From a bacterium (GTDB lineage Bacteria; JADJOY01): a stretch of 47,563 nt of DNA. A program made the translations under genes and the position numbers. Below the pieces are notes generated by a model. That model was given only the letters and a program-made list of their open reading frames with translations, ran no database searches and was not told the origin of the DNA. The stretch's first letter is position 1. Each line of letters opens with the position of its first letter. Location of the stretch: positions 1-47,563 of the forward strand of contig JAXLQJ010000057.1 in NCBI GenBank assembly GCA_046331705.1, in the 5' to 3' direction. Shown one piece after another: positions 26,601 to 37,862 of this stretch.

Positions 26601-28130
26601 TCAGGTAGCCGAGCGGCGGCGGCGACGGCGATGGAGCACGACGGCGGGCAGCACCAGGCCTGCGCCGGAAAGCGACGCACCACAGCCGGTCAGCTCGTAG
26701 GCACCGGAGTCGCAGTTGCCGCCGGAGGGCGCGGGACGGGCGATGCCGCGCTGATCGGTGGCGAGGCAGTTGGCGGCGAGCCCCGCTCCCACCGCCGGGC
26801 TCGACGGCGAGAGGGCATGGGTCTTGGTGAGGCCTCCCGCCATGCCGAGCGCCACCAGTCCTGCTGACGCGACTCCCGGCTGATCGCTGGGATCGGTGAG
26901 CAAACAGGTGTTGCCGGGGCTCTCGACGTTGCCACCCAGCGAGGTGAGCGTGCTCGCCACGTTCACGCAGCCGCCATCCGACAAGATCGTGTTGGCGAGC
27001 CGGGTATCGGCCGGGCCGAAGATTCCGCCGTTCTCGTTGTCGAGGGCGAGGCCGGTGTTCTTGGCGATCGTCACGTGGACCAGGTCCACCGAGCTCGAGA
27101 TGATGTACGCACCGCGCCCCGTGTTGCCGCTGATGGTCGAGTTCTTCACGGTGGCGTAGGCACGGCCGAGCACCAGACCGTCGCTCTGATTGCCGGAGAT
27201 CGTGCTACCGGAGATGTCGAGGGACGAGCTGCACGTCCAGCCGATGCACGCCGTGTTCACGGCACCGAAGCTGGTGGTGACGGAACCGTTCCCCTCGATG
27301 GTGGAGTCGACGATCGTGCCCGAGCCGCCGACGACGATGGCGCCGTAGAGGGCGTTGTTGCCGCGCACGGTGGTGCGCGTGATCGTCACGATGCCGCTGA
27401 ATGCGCTGACCGCGGCGTTGTTCGGCGAGGCGTTGTTCTCCACCAAGCTGTCCGTGATCGAGCTCGACTCGAAGTACGCGAGCGACAGGAAGATCGCCGC
27501 GTCGCCGTTGTCACGGAGCGTCGACGAGGCGATCGTCGTGGGGTCGGTGGCCGAGATCCCGGCGCCCGCGTTCGCTTCGACGATCGAGCTCACGACCGAG
27601 ATGGCACCGCTCGAGTCGTAGATGCCTTCCGGCGCGCCGCCGCGGATCGTGACGCCCGAGAACTGGACGCTGCCGGTCGCGCCCGCGATCACGTGAAACA
27701 CCCGATCGATCCCGTTGCCCTCGATGATCGCGAGGTCGGCGCCCACGCCCTGGATGACGACGTCGTCCAGGATGTCGAGATCGCCGGTCTGGGCCGCGTC
27801 CTCGCCCGTGCCCGCGATGGTGAGCAGGTACTTGCCCTTCGGCAGCGCGATGGTGTCCGTTCCCTTGGATCCCGCCGGGCAAGCACCCACCGGCGCATCG
27901 GTGTTCGCCGCGATGATCGCCTCGCGCAGCGCGCAGACCACGTTGGGCGGCGTCGACGAGTTCTCGTCGTTGGTCGTCGTCACCGAGATGACGTTGGCCG
28001 AGGCCCCCGAGACACCGGCCACCAACAGCGCGACCCCGGTGACCGCGGCGAACCGAAGCCACCTGGTCCTCCCGCGCCAGCGCGCGGCTCGAGCCGACGT
28101 TCCAACCACCGCTACGTCCCTTCCCCTCAT
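26601..28130 (-). CDS. CSLREA-domain / choice-of-anchor Q beta-helix surface protein with C-terminal sorting tail
   Basis: VTTTNDE..CALREAIIAAN, GDLDI, STISGN repeats, DQRGIARP..CDSGAYE, tail GCG-hydrophobic-RRRRRR (MYXO-CTERM-like). Start approximate. Confidence 0.85.
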   Translation of the reverse strand: MRGRDVAVVGTSARAARWRGRTRWLRFAAVTGVALLVAGVSGASANVISVTTTNDENSSTPPNVVCALREAIIAANTDAPVGACPAGSKGTDTIALPKGKYLLTIAGTGEDAAQTGDLDILDDVVIQGVGADLAIIEGNGIDRVFHVIAGATGSVQFSGVTIRGGAPEGIYDSSGAISVVSSIVEANAGAGISATDPTTIASSTLRDNGDAAIFLSLAYFESSSITDSLVENNASPNNAAVSAFSGIVTITRTTVRGNNALYGAIVVGGSGTIVDSTIEGNGSVTTSFGAVNTACIGWTCSSSLDISGSTISGNQSDGLVLGRAYATVKNSTISGNTGRGAYIISSSVDLVHVTIAKNTGLALDNENGGIFGPADTRLANTILSDGGCVNVASTLTSLGGNVESPGNTCLLTDPSDQPGVASAGLVALGMAGGLTKTHALSPSSPAVGAGLAANCLATDQRGIARPAPSGGNCDSGAYELTGCGASLSGAGLVLPAVVLHRRRRRRSAT

Positions 28131-28588
28131 TCGTCCCCCCGGTTGTGTCGCTCGCGCGACGGATTCTCGAAGCGTTGGCCGACGCCTGGCCCGCGCGCCT
28201 CGCCGCAGCGCCGCGTGCGCGGAGCGCAGCATCGTGCGCTCGCGCGGTCACCCCGGACTCGCTTCCGGGCGTCGTCCGAGCGCGAGGTAGCACGCCGAAT
28301 GCCAGCGTCGTTCGCTCGTGTGCGACGAGCAGCGGCAGCCGCTCGTCACGACCCGTCGCCACCGCGAGCAGCACGCGAAAACCCCGCGCAGCTCGCGAGA
28401 AGTGGTGCCGCGGGGCGGCGCTCGCGCGGCGGTTCCACGTCCCGCCCACCTTTCGCCCGACGTCGCGACCGGCCCGCCCTGGGCCCAAGCCGCAACCAAA
28501 GTGAGCAGCTCGCTCACACGAAAGTTGCGACCTGCATCCCCCGCCAGCACGCCCGCAGCCGCCGCGCCCGTGCTATCTCTCGGGTGCC

Positions 28589-30202
28589 ATGAAGCTCCGG
28601 GACACCAACCTCAAGCGCCTCGCCGAGCGCGAGTTCGACGTCCTCATCGTCGGCGGCGGGATCAACGGCGCGGTGTCGGCGGCGGCCCTGGCGGCGCGCG
28701 GCGTGCGCGTGGCTCTCATCGACCAGCGCGACTTCGCGTCCGTCACCAGCCAGTCGTCGTCGAATCTGGTGTGGGGCGGCATCAAGTACCTGGAGAACGG
28801 CGAGGTGCCGCTGGTCTGGGGGCTCTGCCGTTCGCGCAATCAGCTCATGCGCGCGTACCCATCGAGCGTGCGCGAGGTGCGCTTCTTCTGCGCGGTCGAG
28901 CCGAGCTTTCGCTTCCACCCTGCGTTTCTCGGCGCCGGCACGTGGCTCTACTGGCTCATGGGGCGCGGGTTCACGAAGCCGCCGCGCTACCTGCGCGCGG
29001 CGGATCTCGCCCGCGAGCCGGCCGTCCGCGCGGAGCGGTTCCGCGGCGGCGTCGAGTATTCGGACGCGTACTTGATGGATTGCGATGCGCGCTTCGTCTT
29101 CCAGTTCGTGCGCAGCGCGCTCAACGTCGGCGCCACCGTCGCCAACTACGTGGCGCTCGAGTCGGCCACCCGCGGGCCGGACGGGTTCTGGAACGCGGCC
29201 GTCGAGGACCGCGAGCTCGGCGGCCGCTTCGCGATCCGCGCTCGCGTGCTGGTCAACGCGGCGGGGCCGTACGCGGACCCGGTCAACGACGTCCTCGGCG
29301 TGCGCACGGCGCACAAGCACGTGTTCTCGAAGGGCATCCACCTCATCGTGCCCAAGATCACCCGCGAGGAGCGGGTGCTCACGTTCTTCGACGACACCGG
29401 GCGGATGTTCTTCGTGATCCCGATGGGCCCGTGCTCGGTGATCGGCACCACCGACACCCGCGTCGACAAGGCCGAGACCGAGGTGACGGCGGAGGACCGC
29501 AAGTTCTTGCTCGACAACGTGAACCAGCGGCTCGCCCTTCCCCAGCCGCTCACCGAGCGCGAGATCATCGCCGAGCGCTGCGGAGTGAGACCGCTGGTGG
29601 TCGGAAAGAGCAACGGCGCCGGCGAGACCGAGTGGTTCAACCTGTCGCGCAAGCACGTGATCGAGGTCCACGAGCAACAGCTCTCGATCTTCGGCGGCAA
29701 GCTCACCGATTGCCTGAACGTCGGCGACGAGGTGTGTCACATCGTCGAGAGAATGGGTGTTGCGCTCGATCGCAGCGGCGACCCGTGGTTCGGCGAGCCG
29801 GCTCAGCCGATGCGCGAGGCGTTCTTCCGCCAGGCGCGGCTCATGCGCCTCGACGATCTGCGCGAGAGCGCCTCGTTCGAGCTGCTGTCGACGCGCTTGT
29901 GGCGGCGCTACGGCTTGCGCGCGTTCGCGATGCTCGAGGAGATCCGCTGCGATCCGTCGATGGCCGAGGTGCTCATCGAGAACGCCCAGTACCTGCGCTG
30001 CGAGCTCTATCACGCCGCCCAGAGCGAGATGGTGACGCGCCTCGACGATTTCATGCGGCGCCGCTCCAAGATCGCGCTGGTGGTGCCGCACGAGACGCTG
30101 CGCCAGGCGGACGGAATCCACGAGGCCTGCGAGATCCTCTTCGGCGACCAAGCCCGCGCCAAATACGACGCCTATTTCGAGTCGGGCGGCGACAAGGCCT
30201 AG
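28589..30202 (+). CDS. glpD: FAD-dependent glycerol-3-phosphate dehydrogenase/oxidase
   Basis: DVLIVGGGING, SQSSSNLVWGGIKYLE, VNAAGP, KGIHLIV, IGTTD, GVRPL, GGKLT. Confidence 0.88.
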   Translation: MKLRDTNLKRLAEREFDVLIVGGGINGAVSAAALAARGVRVALIDQRDFASVTSQSSSNLVWGGIKYLENGEVPLVWGLCRSRNQLMRAYPSSVREVRFFCAVEPSFRFHPAFLGAGTWLYWLMGRGFTKPPRYLRAADLAREPAVRAERFRGGVEYSDAYLMDCDARFVFQFVRSALNVGATVANYVALESATRGPDGFWNAAVEDRELGGRFAIRARVLVNAAGPYADPVNDVLGVRTAHKHVFSKGIHLIVPKITREERVLTFFDDTGRMFFVIPMGPCSVIGTTDTRVDKAETEVTAEDRKFLLDNVNQRLALPQPLTEREIIAERCGVRPLVVGKSNGAGETEWFNLSRKHVIEVHEQQLSIFGGKLTDCLNVGDEVCHIVERMGVALDRSGDPWFGEPAQPMREAFFRQARLMRLDDLRESASFELLSTRLWRRYGLRAFAMLEEIRCDPSMAEVLIENAQYLRCELYHAAQSEMVTRLDDFMRRRSKIALVVPHETLRQADGIHEACEILFGDQARAKYDAYFESGGDKA

Positions 30203-30238
30203 GAGCCTATTGCGCGTAGGGCCGCGCAACAGGCTCCT
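30201..30238. terminator. Long hairpin between convergent genes (bidirectional terminator or REP-like element)
   Basis: AGGAGCCTATTGCGCG-TAGGGC-CGCGCAACAGGCTCCT: 16 bp stem with 1 mismatch; no U-tract. Confidence 0.6.
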
Positions 30239-30298
30239 CGCGCTCGCACGGCTCGGCCGGGGACGGGTCGCCCCGCGGGGACTCGCTCGGGAACGGCG

Positions 30299-32386
30299 CT
30301 ACTGCACGTAGCCCAGGTTCTTGAGCTGCTCGCGGGTGGCGGCGTCGGGGCCGGTGGCGGAGGCGCCGGCGGGCTCGATGGCGGGATGGCGCGCGTACCA
30401 GGCGTCGAGCGCGGCGCGCATCGACCCGAGCACGTCGGGGCGCTCGGCCGCGACGTCCCGCGTCTCGCCGGGATCGCTCGCGAGATCGAAGAGCTGATCG
30501 GGGCTCTCGTCGCGCTGCAGCAGCTTCCAGGAGCCGCGAATCGCGGCGCGATGGCGGTGACCGTAGAGCGCTTGCACGTCGACCTTGGGCTTGAGGTGCT
30601 GCATGACACCGATCTCGAAGCGCGGCGACAGCTCCTCGGCCACGGCCCAGCCTTCGGCGGAGCTCGACGACTTGGGCAGCACGGCGCCCTCGAGCGGCGC
30701 GGTCACGCCGGCGTCGTCGATCCCCACGCGATCGAGCAAGGTGGGGAAGACGTCGATGGTGCTCACCACGTCGGCCACACGCGTCCCCGCCTGAGCGCGG
30801 TTCGCCGGGTCGAGCACGATCAGAGGCACGTGCAGCACACCCTGCCAGAGCGCCATGTGATGACCGAGGGTGCCGTGCTCGCCGATCAGCTCACCGTGGT
30901 CGGCGGTGATCACGACGATGGTGTCGTCGAACAGGCCGCGCTTCTCGAGCTCCGCGAACCAGCGGCCGAGGTGGTGATCGAGGTAGTGGATCTCGCCATC
31001 GTACATCGCCGCGTAGCGCGCGAAATCGGCGGGCGTCATCGTGAGGTTGCCGGACCAGATCGCGTACGGGTTCTGGTTCACGTTGCGGACCGCCAGCTCG
31101 CTCTCGCCGGGGGGCACGAACGGCGGCGTGAAGTCGTCGCGCCAATCGAGCGGTTCGTGGGCCTCGAGCAGGTTCACGAACGCGAAGAACGGCCGCGAGC
31201 GGTCGCGCCCCTCGAGCCAGTCGGAAACCTGCTCGGTGGTCTTCACCACGCCGCCCACCGCCTGGTCACCCGTGGCGCGCCAGTAGGTGTACTGGTACGC
31301 CATCCGCCCCAAGGTGAGATTCGTGGTGTAAGGCTCGCGCCAGACTTGCAGCAGGTTCTCGAAGCCGCGGTCGAGGCCGGTCCACGGCGCCACCCACGGG
31401 TTGTTGCAGAAGCCAACGGTCTCGTAGCCGGCTCGGTTCAGCACCGACGCCATCGTGGGCAGGTCCTCGTCGAAGAAGAGATCCTCCTCGTTCACCCCGC
31501 TGCGTGACGGCACTCGTCCGGTGAAGAGACTCGCGTGCCCGGTGAGCGTCCACACGCCCGCGGAATGCGCACGCTCGTAGAGGATTCCCTTCCGCGCCAG
31601 CGCATCGAGGTTGGGTGAGATCGGCTTGGGATAGCCGTACACACCCAGGTGATCGGCGCGTAGCGTGTCGAGGACCAAGAGCAGCACGTTGGGCCGCGCC
31701 TTGGTCGCCGCCAGCGGCGCGGGTGCGGCTGGCGGCGGCACCGCAGGCGCGATCCGCGGCGGCACGAACGACACCAGCAGCACCGCGCTCGCGAAGACCA
31801 ACCCGAGCCGGACGCGCGCTCGCCGCGACGCCAACCAGCGAAACGGGATGCGTGCACCGAGCCAGCGGAAGACCGCCCACGTACCGCGATGGCAGAGCCA
31901 CGCGATCCCGATGCTGAGCGGCAGATTCACGACGAGTCGCCGCGCCAGCACGTCCGCGGCGATCGGGTGCAGCTCCTGGCGCTTCATCGCGAACGCGAGG
32001 CCCGCGATCAGGAAGAACGGGAACCACACGAACGCCGAGAGGTGCCAGCTGGCGAGACCACCTCGCGCGGGATGCGCCGTGCGGCGACGGGCCGCCCACG
32101 CTCCCACGCCGAGCCCCCACACGCCGCCGAGCACCGCGCCGAGCCCGGCGTCGTACGCCACGGCCCAGAAGAGCGTGGGTGCTTGACGAAAGAGCTCGGC
32201 GCGCGCACGCGCCGAGGTGGTGCCGTCGATCGTCGCGAACCAGCTCTCGGCGCCCTTCCAGAGCGCCGCGCCATTGCCGACGCCGAGCAGCGCGAGCACC
32301 GCGGCGCCGGCCAGGAGGCCCGCGAGCGCGTGGGTGCGGATGGGATGCGGCGGCGCGGAGCCCGGGTTCGAGGATGCAGCGCTCAT
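30299..32386 (-). CDS. Membrane-anchored sulfatase-like hydrolase/transferase (alkaline phosphatase superfamily)
   Basis: N-terminal TM segments, RPNVLLLVLDTLRADHLGVYGY, WTLTGHASLFTG, TADHGE..GEHG..GH, LKNLGYVQ; ATGA overlap with the upstream gene. Confidence 0.88.
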   Translation of the reverse strand: MSAASSNPGSAPPHPIRTHALAGLLAGAAVLALLGVGNGAALWKGAESWFATIDGTTSARARAELFRQAPTLFWAVAYDAGLGAVLGGVWGLGVGAWAARRRTAHPARGGLASWHLSAFVWFPFFLIAGLAFAMKRQELHPIAADVLARRLVVNLPLSIGIAWLCHRGTWAVFRWLGARIPFRWLASRRARVRLGLVFASAVLLVSFVPPRIAPAVPPPAAPAPLAATKARPNVLLLVLDTLRADHLGVYGYPKPISPNLDALARKGILYERAHSAGVWTLTGHASLFTGRVPSRSGVNEEDLFFDEDLPTMASVLNRAGYETVGFCNNPWVAPWTGLDRGFENLLQVWREPYTTNLTLGRMAYQYTYWRATGDQAVGGVVKTTEQVSDWLEGRDRSRPFFAFVNLLEAHEPLDWRDDFTPPFVPPGESELAVRNVNQNPYAIWSGNLTMTPADFARYAAMYDGEIHYLDHHLGRWFAELEKRGLFDDTIVVITADHGELIGEHGTLGHHMALWQGVLHVPLIVLDPANRAQAGTRVADVVSTIDVFPTLLDRVGIDDAGVTAPLEGAVLPKSSSSAEGWAVAEELSPRFEIGVMQHLKPKVDVQALYGHRHRAAIRGSWKLLQRDESPDQLFDLASDPGETRDVAAERPDVLGSMRAALDAWYARHPAIEPAGASATGPDAATREQLKNLGYVQ

Positions 32387-33468
32387 GTTCGCGTGCCCGT
32401 CGAGCGCTCGTCGAGCCAATCGGCGATGCGCGGGAAGATCTCGCGCGGCGACGCGAGCCCGGCGAGCAGGTCGTCGTGGCCGTAGTCGAACGAGAATCCG
32501 TCGGCCACGCCCGCGCGGACGAAGGTCTTGTCGGAGGAGCCGAACGCGTCGAACGCGGCGCGCGTGGCGGCGGCGGGTCGCTGCAGGTCGTGCGCGGCGG
32601 TCATGACGAGCAAGGGCAGCCTCACCTCGGCCAGCCGATCCGAGTAGACGATCGATCCGTCGCGATTCTTCATGGCGCCGGCGCGGATCCAGTCGGCGAA
32701 CTGCTCGACCAGCGCCACCGATTCGTCGGGCACGCCGTTGCGGAAATAGCGCGCCACCACGATGGGATCGAAGTTGCCGGCGCGAAAGCTCGATTCCAGC
32801 ACCGGCACGCGGCCGTACGCGAGCACCGGCCCGGCGAGCCGCGAGCCCGCGCCGAACGGCACCCGCCTGCCCCTGCTGGTGCGCGGCGGCGCCGTGACCC
32901 CCGGCACCTGAGCGCTGGCCGGCGTGATCACCGGCGAGCCGCAGGTGACGGCGCCGCGCACGCGCGACGCCGTTCCGCGAATGGCCGCGGCATAGAGCGC
33001 CTGACCGCTCATCTCCATGCCCACCCAGAAAGCCTCGGGAGCGCCCGCCAGCTCGCAAGCGCGTGCCACCGCGGTCGGAAGATCGTGCTCGACGAAGTCG
33101 TCGAAGCACCACTCGAGCTTCGGGTCGGCGACTCCGCCGGGCCAGCTCGCGTTGCGCCCGCGCAGATCGATCAGGAAGGTGTCGAAGCCGCGCGCCGCCA
33201 GATGACGCGCCAGCGAGTAGTCCGGGTGCAGATCGTAGATCAGCCGGCTACCCGCCATGCCGTGGCTCATGACCACGGGAACGGGCTTCGCCGCGCCGTG
33301 CGGCCGGTAGCGATAGAGCGCCAGGTCCCAGCCGTCGGCGGTCCGCGCGACGTGGCGTTCGTCCTCGCCCGTGGTCCAGTCGAAGCGACGGTACGAGCGC
33401 CCCAGGGTGGCGAGCGCCGCGAAGAACGTGGCGAACCCTTCGAAGGCCCAGCCGAGACGGTATCCCAT
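32383..33468 (-). CDS. Alpha/beta hydrolase-fold protein (PhaC/lipase-like) with atypical nucleophile elbow
   Basis: TADGWDLALYRY, SHGM, SLARHLAARGFD..DLRG, DDFVEHDLP, WVGMEMSG, YGHDDLL. Confidence 0.82.
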   Translation of the reverse strand: MGYRLGWAFEGFATFFAALATLGRSYRRFDWTTGEDERHVARTADGWDLALYRYRPHGAAKPVPVVMSHGMAGSRLIYDLHPDYSLARHLAARGFDTFLIDLRGRNASWPGGVADPKLEWCFDDFVEHDLPTAVARACELAGAPEAFWVGMEMSGQALYAAAIRGTASRVRGAVTCGSPVITPASAQVPGVTAPPRTSRGRRVPFGAGSRLAGPVLAYGRVPVLESSFRAGNFDPIVVARYFRNGVPDESVALVEQFADWIRAGAMKNRDGSIVYSDRLAEVRLPLLVMTAAHDLQRPAAATRAAFDAFGSSDKTFVRAGVADGFSFDYGHDDLLAGLASPREIFPRIADWLDERSTGTRT

Positions 33469-33590
33469 CCGTCACACCCCTCGAGATTCGGACCCGCGCC
33501 GTCCGACGATGGCGCGCTGCCAGCTCGGCGCGCGGGCTCGTGCGCTGGACCGGATAGCACGCCCGAACCGATCGCGGTAGGCTTGCGCGC

Positions 33591-35000
<1,410 letters not shown>

Positions 35001-35169
35001 CGAGCGCCGTCCGCGGGGGACGCAGCCGGCCGCCCTGCGCCACACTGGGCGCAATCGGCTGCGACTGGCCGCCCGCAGCGCCAGCGTCGCTGGCGGGTCG
35101 TTTGCACGGGTTTCCGGGTACGGCGTCACGCACATGTGTGGTTCTTACCGATCCGTAACGAGGTCGATC

Positions 35170-36111
35170 ATGGCCGAAGCTCCCAAGCCCAATCACGACG
35201 GCGTCGTCGAGTTCGAGGACGGGCGCACCATCGGCTACGCCGAGTTCGGCGATCCGCGCGGCGACCCGGTGCTGTGGTTCCACGGCACTCCCGGGGCTCG
35301 CCAGCAGCTTCCCCCCGACACCCATCGCGAGGCCGCCGAGCGGCACTTGCGCATCATCGGGATCGATCGTCCGGGCACCGGCAACTCGAGCCCGTACCTC
35401 TACGACGTGCTCATCGAGTTCGCCGTCGACATGGAGCACTTCGCCGATCGGCTCGGCTTGAAGCGCTTCGGCGTGGTCGGGCTCTCGGGCGGCGGGCCGT
35501 ACGTGCTCGCGTGCGCGCACCAGCTCCGCGACCGAATCCCCGTGGGCGTGGTGCTCGGCGGTCTCGGACCCACGCGCGGCCACGAAGCCGCTCCCGGTTA
35601 CACCCGCCTGCTGCCGCTCGCCGAGCCGCTGCTGACGGTGATGCGCGAGCCGCTCGCCGAGCTGCTCAACGCGGGCCTGAAATCGCTGGTGCCCATGGCC
35701 AGCGGCGGCTACGACCTCTACGCGCGCTTCGGACCGCGCACCGATCGGCCGTTGCTGCGTCGCCCCGAGATGAAGACGATGTTCATCAACGATCTGGTCA
35801 CGGCCATGGACGGCGGGCTGCGGGCGCCGGTCTACGACGTGGTGCTGTTCGCGCGGCCCTGGGGCTTCTCGCTCCGCAACATCAAGGTGCCGATCCATTT
35901 CTTCCAGGGCGACGCGGATCTCGTGGTGCCGCCGCGCCACGGCGCGCACCAGGCGGGACTGGTGCCACGAGCGACGCTCACGATCGTGCCCAACGAAGGC
36001 CATTTCGCCGGCTTCGCCGCAGTGGGGCACGTGCTCGACAAGATCCGCGAGACGTGGCCTCGCGAAGCCAAGCCCGCGACGCGCGCGCCACGCACCCGCA
36101 AACGGGCCTGA
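35170..36111 (+). CDS. Alpha/beta hydrolase
   Basis: DGRTIGYAEFGDP..FHGTPG, DRPGTG, GLSGGGPY, GDADLVVP, EGH. Confidence 0.9.
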   Translation: MAEAPKPNHDGVVEFEDGRTIGYAEFGDPRGDPVLWFHGTPGARQQLPPDTHREAAERHLRIIGIDRPGTGNSSPYLYDVLIEFAVDMEHFADRLGLKRFGVVGLSGGGPYVLACAHQLRDRIPVGVVLGGLGPTRGHEAAPGYTRLLPLAEPLLTVMREPLAELLNAGLKSLVPMASGGYDLYARFGPRTDRPLLRRPEMKTMFINDLVTAMDGGLRAPVYDVVLFARPWGFSLRNIKVPIHFFQGDADLVVPPRHGAHQAGLVPRATLTIVPNEGHFAGFAAVGHVLDKIRETWPREAKPATRAPRTRKRA

Positions 36112-36274
36112 CGCGCTTCGGGGCCTGGAGTGCCCCGCCAAGGCGCCCCCGCGCACCGATCGACCGGCCCGCTCGACGCTGGTCGGCATCCGGTTTGCGG
36201 CAGGACTGATGTCTGAGCCGCCGCCAGCGCGCGGGCAACGGCAGCGCCACGCGTAGCGGCTCGGCGAGGCCGCC

Positions 36275-37540
36275 ATGAATTCGATTCCCTCCGAGTTCGA
36301 CACCCCGACCTACCGGATGGCCATCGCGCAGTTCGAGCAGGCCGCGAGCGTCATCGGCCTCGACCCCAACCTGCGCGAACGCCTGGCACGCCCCACGCGC
36401 GCGCTCGTGGTGCACCTGCCGGTGCGCATGGACGACGGCCACCTGCAGATGTTCGAGGGCTATCGCGTCCAGCACGACGACTCGTTGGGGCCGACCAAGG
36501 GCGGCATCCGTTACCACCCCGACGTGCAGCTCGGCGAGGTCACGGCGCTCGCCATGTGGATGACGTGGAAATGCGCCCTGGTGGGCCTGCCGTTCGGCGG
36601 CGCCAAGGGAGGAATCCGGTGTGATCCCAAGCGCCTTTCGCGCAGCGAGCTGGAGCGGCTGACGCGGCGCTACACGGCACAGATCTCACCGATCATCGGT
36701 CCCGCCCAGGACATCCCCGCGCCCGACGTCGGCAGCGACGCTCAGACCATGGCGTGGGTGATGGACACCTATTCGATGCAGCGCGGATTCGCGGTACACG
36801 GCGTGGTCACGGGCAAGCCCGTGGCGATCGGCGGCTCGCTCGGCAGGGACGAGGCCACCGGTCGCGGCGTGGTTCGCTGCATCACCAACGCGATGGAGCA
36901 CCTGGGTCTCGATCTCGAGGGCAGCACGGCGGTGATTCAAGGCATCGGCAACGTCGGCGGGAACGCCGCGCGCATCCTCCACGAGAACGGCGTCAAGGTG
37001 ACGGCCGTGTCCGACTCGTGCGGCGGCATTCACAACGAGCGCGGTCTCGACATCCCGGAGCTGCTTGGTTTCAAGAAGCGGACGGGAACGCTCGACGGGT
37101 TTCCGGAAGGGGACACGATCTCGAACGAGGAGCTGCTCACGCTGCCGTGCACGACGCTGGTGCCGGCGGCGCTCTCGGAGGCGATCACCGAGCGCAACGC
37201 CAGGAAGCTGCGCTGCCAGATCGTCGCCGAGGGCGCCAACGGACCCACCACCCTGGCCGCCGATCGCATCCTGGAGGATCGCGGGATCCTGATCGTGCCC
37301 GACATCTTGGCGAACGCCGGCGGCGTGATCGTGTCGTATTTCGAATGGGTCCAGGCGCACCAGATGTATTTCTGGAAGCTCGAGGAGATCCGCGACCGGC
37401 TGACCAGCGTCCTCGACTCCGCGTTCGCGCGAGTGTGGGAGCACAAGAGCCAGACCCGCCTGGGCATGCGGCTCGCGGCGCTCACCACCGGGATCCGCGC
37501 CGTCGCCGAGGCGAATCGGCTGCGCGGCCTGTATCCGTGA
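36275..37540 (+). CDS. gdhA: Glu/Leu/Phe/Val dehydrogenase (glutamate dehydrogenase type)
   Basis: GYRVQH..GPTKGGIRY, MTWKC..PFGGAKGG, DIPAPDV, VTGKP..GGS, EGANGP, ANAGGV.VSYFEWVQ. Confidence 0.93.
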   Translation: MNSIPSEFDTPTYRMAIAQFEQAASVIGLDPNLRERLARPTRALVVHLPVRMDDGHLQMFEGYRVQHDDSLGPTKGGIRYHPDVQLGEVTALAMWMTWKCALVGLPFGGAKGGIRCDPKRLSRSELERLTRRYTAQISPIIGPAQDIPAPDVGSDAQTMAWVMDTYSMQRGFAVHGVVTGKPVAIGGSLGRDEATGRGVVRCITNAMEHLGLDLEGSTAVIQGIGNVGGNAARILHENGVKVTAVSDSCGGIHNERGLDIPELLGFKKRTGTLDGFPEGDTISNEELLTLPCTTLVPAALSEAITERNARKLRCQIVAEGANGPTTLAADRILEDRGILIVPDILANAGGVIVSYFEWVQAHQMYFWKLEEIRDRLTSVLDSAFARVWEHKSQTRLGMRLAALTTGIRAVAEANRLRGLYP

Positions 37541-37561
37541 TCCGCCCGCGCGGCGAGGTGG

Positions 37562-37807
37562 TCAGCGCCGGCGCGCCGCGAGGTAGGCGACCAGATCGTC
37601 GAGGGTGGTCACCCGGGCGTAATCGGCCTCCGGGATCTCGACTCCGAGGCGCTCGTGGATCGCCGTGAGCAGCTTCAAGTAGTCGATCGAATCGATGTCC
37701 ACCTGATCGCGTAACGACTTGTCGTTGCGGATCGAGTCGGGCTCGATCTCGGGCGCGATCTCCAGCAACAGGCTCAGCACCGAGCGGCGGATCTCGCTTG
37801 CGTCCAT
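37562..37807 (-). CDS. Acyl carrier protein
   Basis: 81 aa, acidic; LRDQVDIDSID (phosphopantetheine Ser), GVEIPEADY..TLDDLVAYL; GGGAG RBS. Confidence 0.88.
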   Translation of the reverse strand: MDASEIRRSVLSLLLEIAPEIEPDSIRNDKSLRDQVDIDSIDYLKLLTAIHERLGVEIPEADYARVTTLDDLVAYLAARRR

Positions 37808-37862
37808 GACTCACTCCCCTTCGCGCCTTCACGACTCGACTGCACGCGCGTCGCGCGACGGC

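Noticed and set aside
30299-33112. ORF-track N-terminal extensions (937 aa sulfatase; also the extended arsC, pdhA, pdhB and malic enzyme ORFs)
   Set aside because: The extensions overlap upstream genes in another frame; internal starts with an RBS or ATGA coupling fit better.
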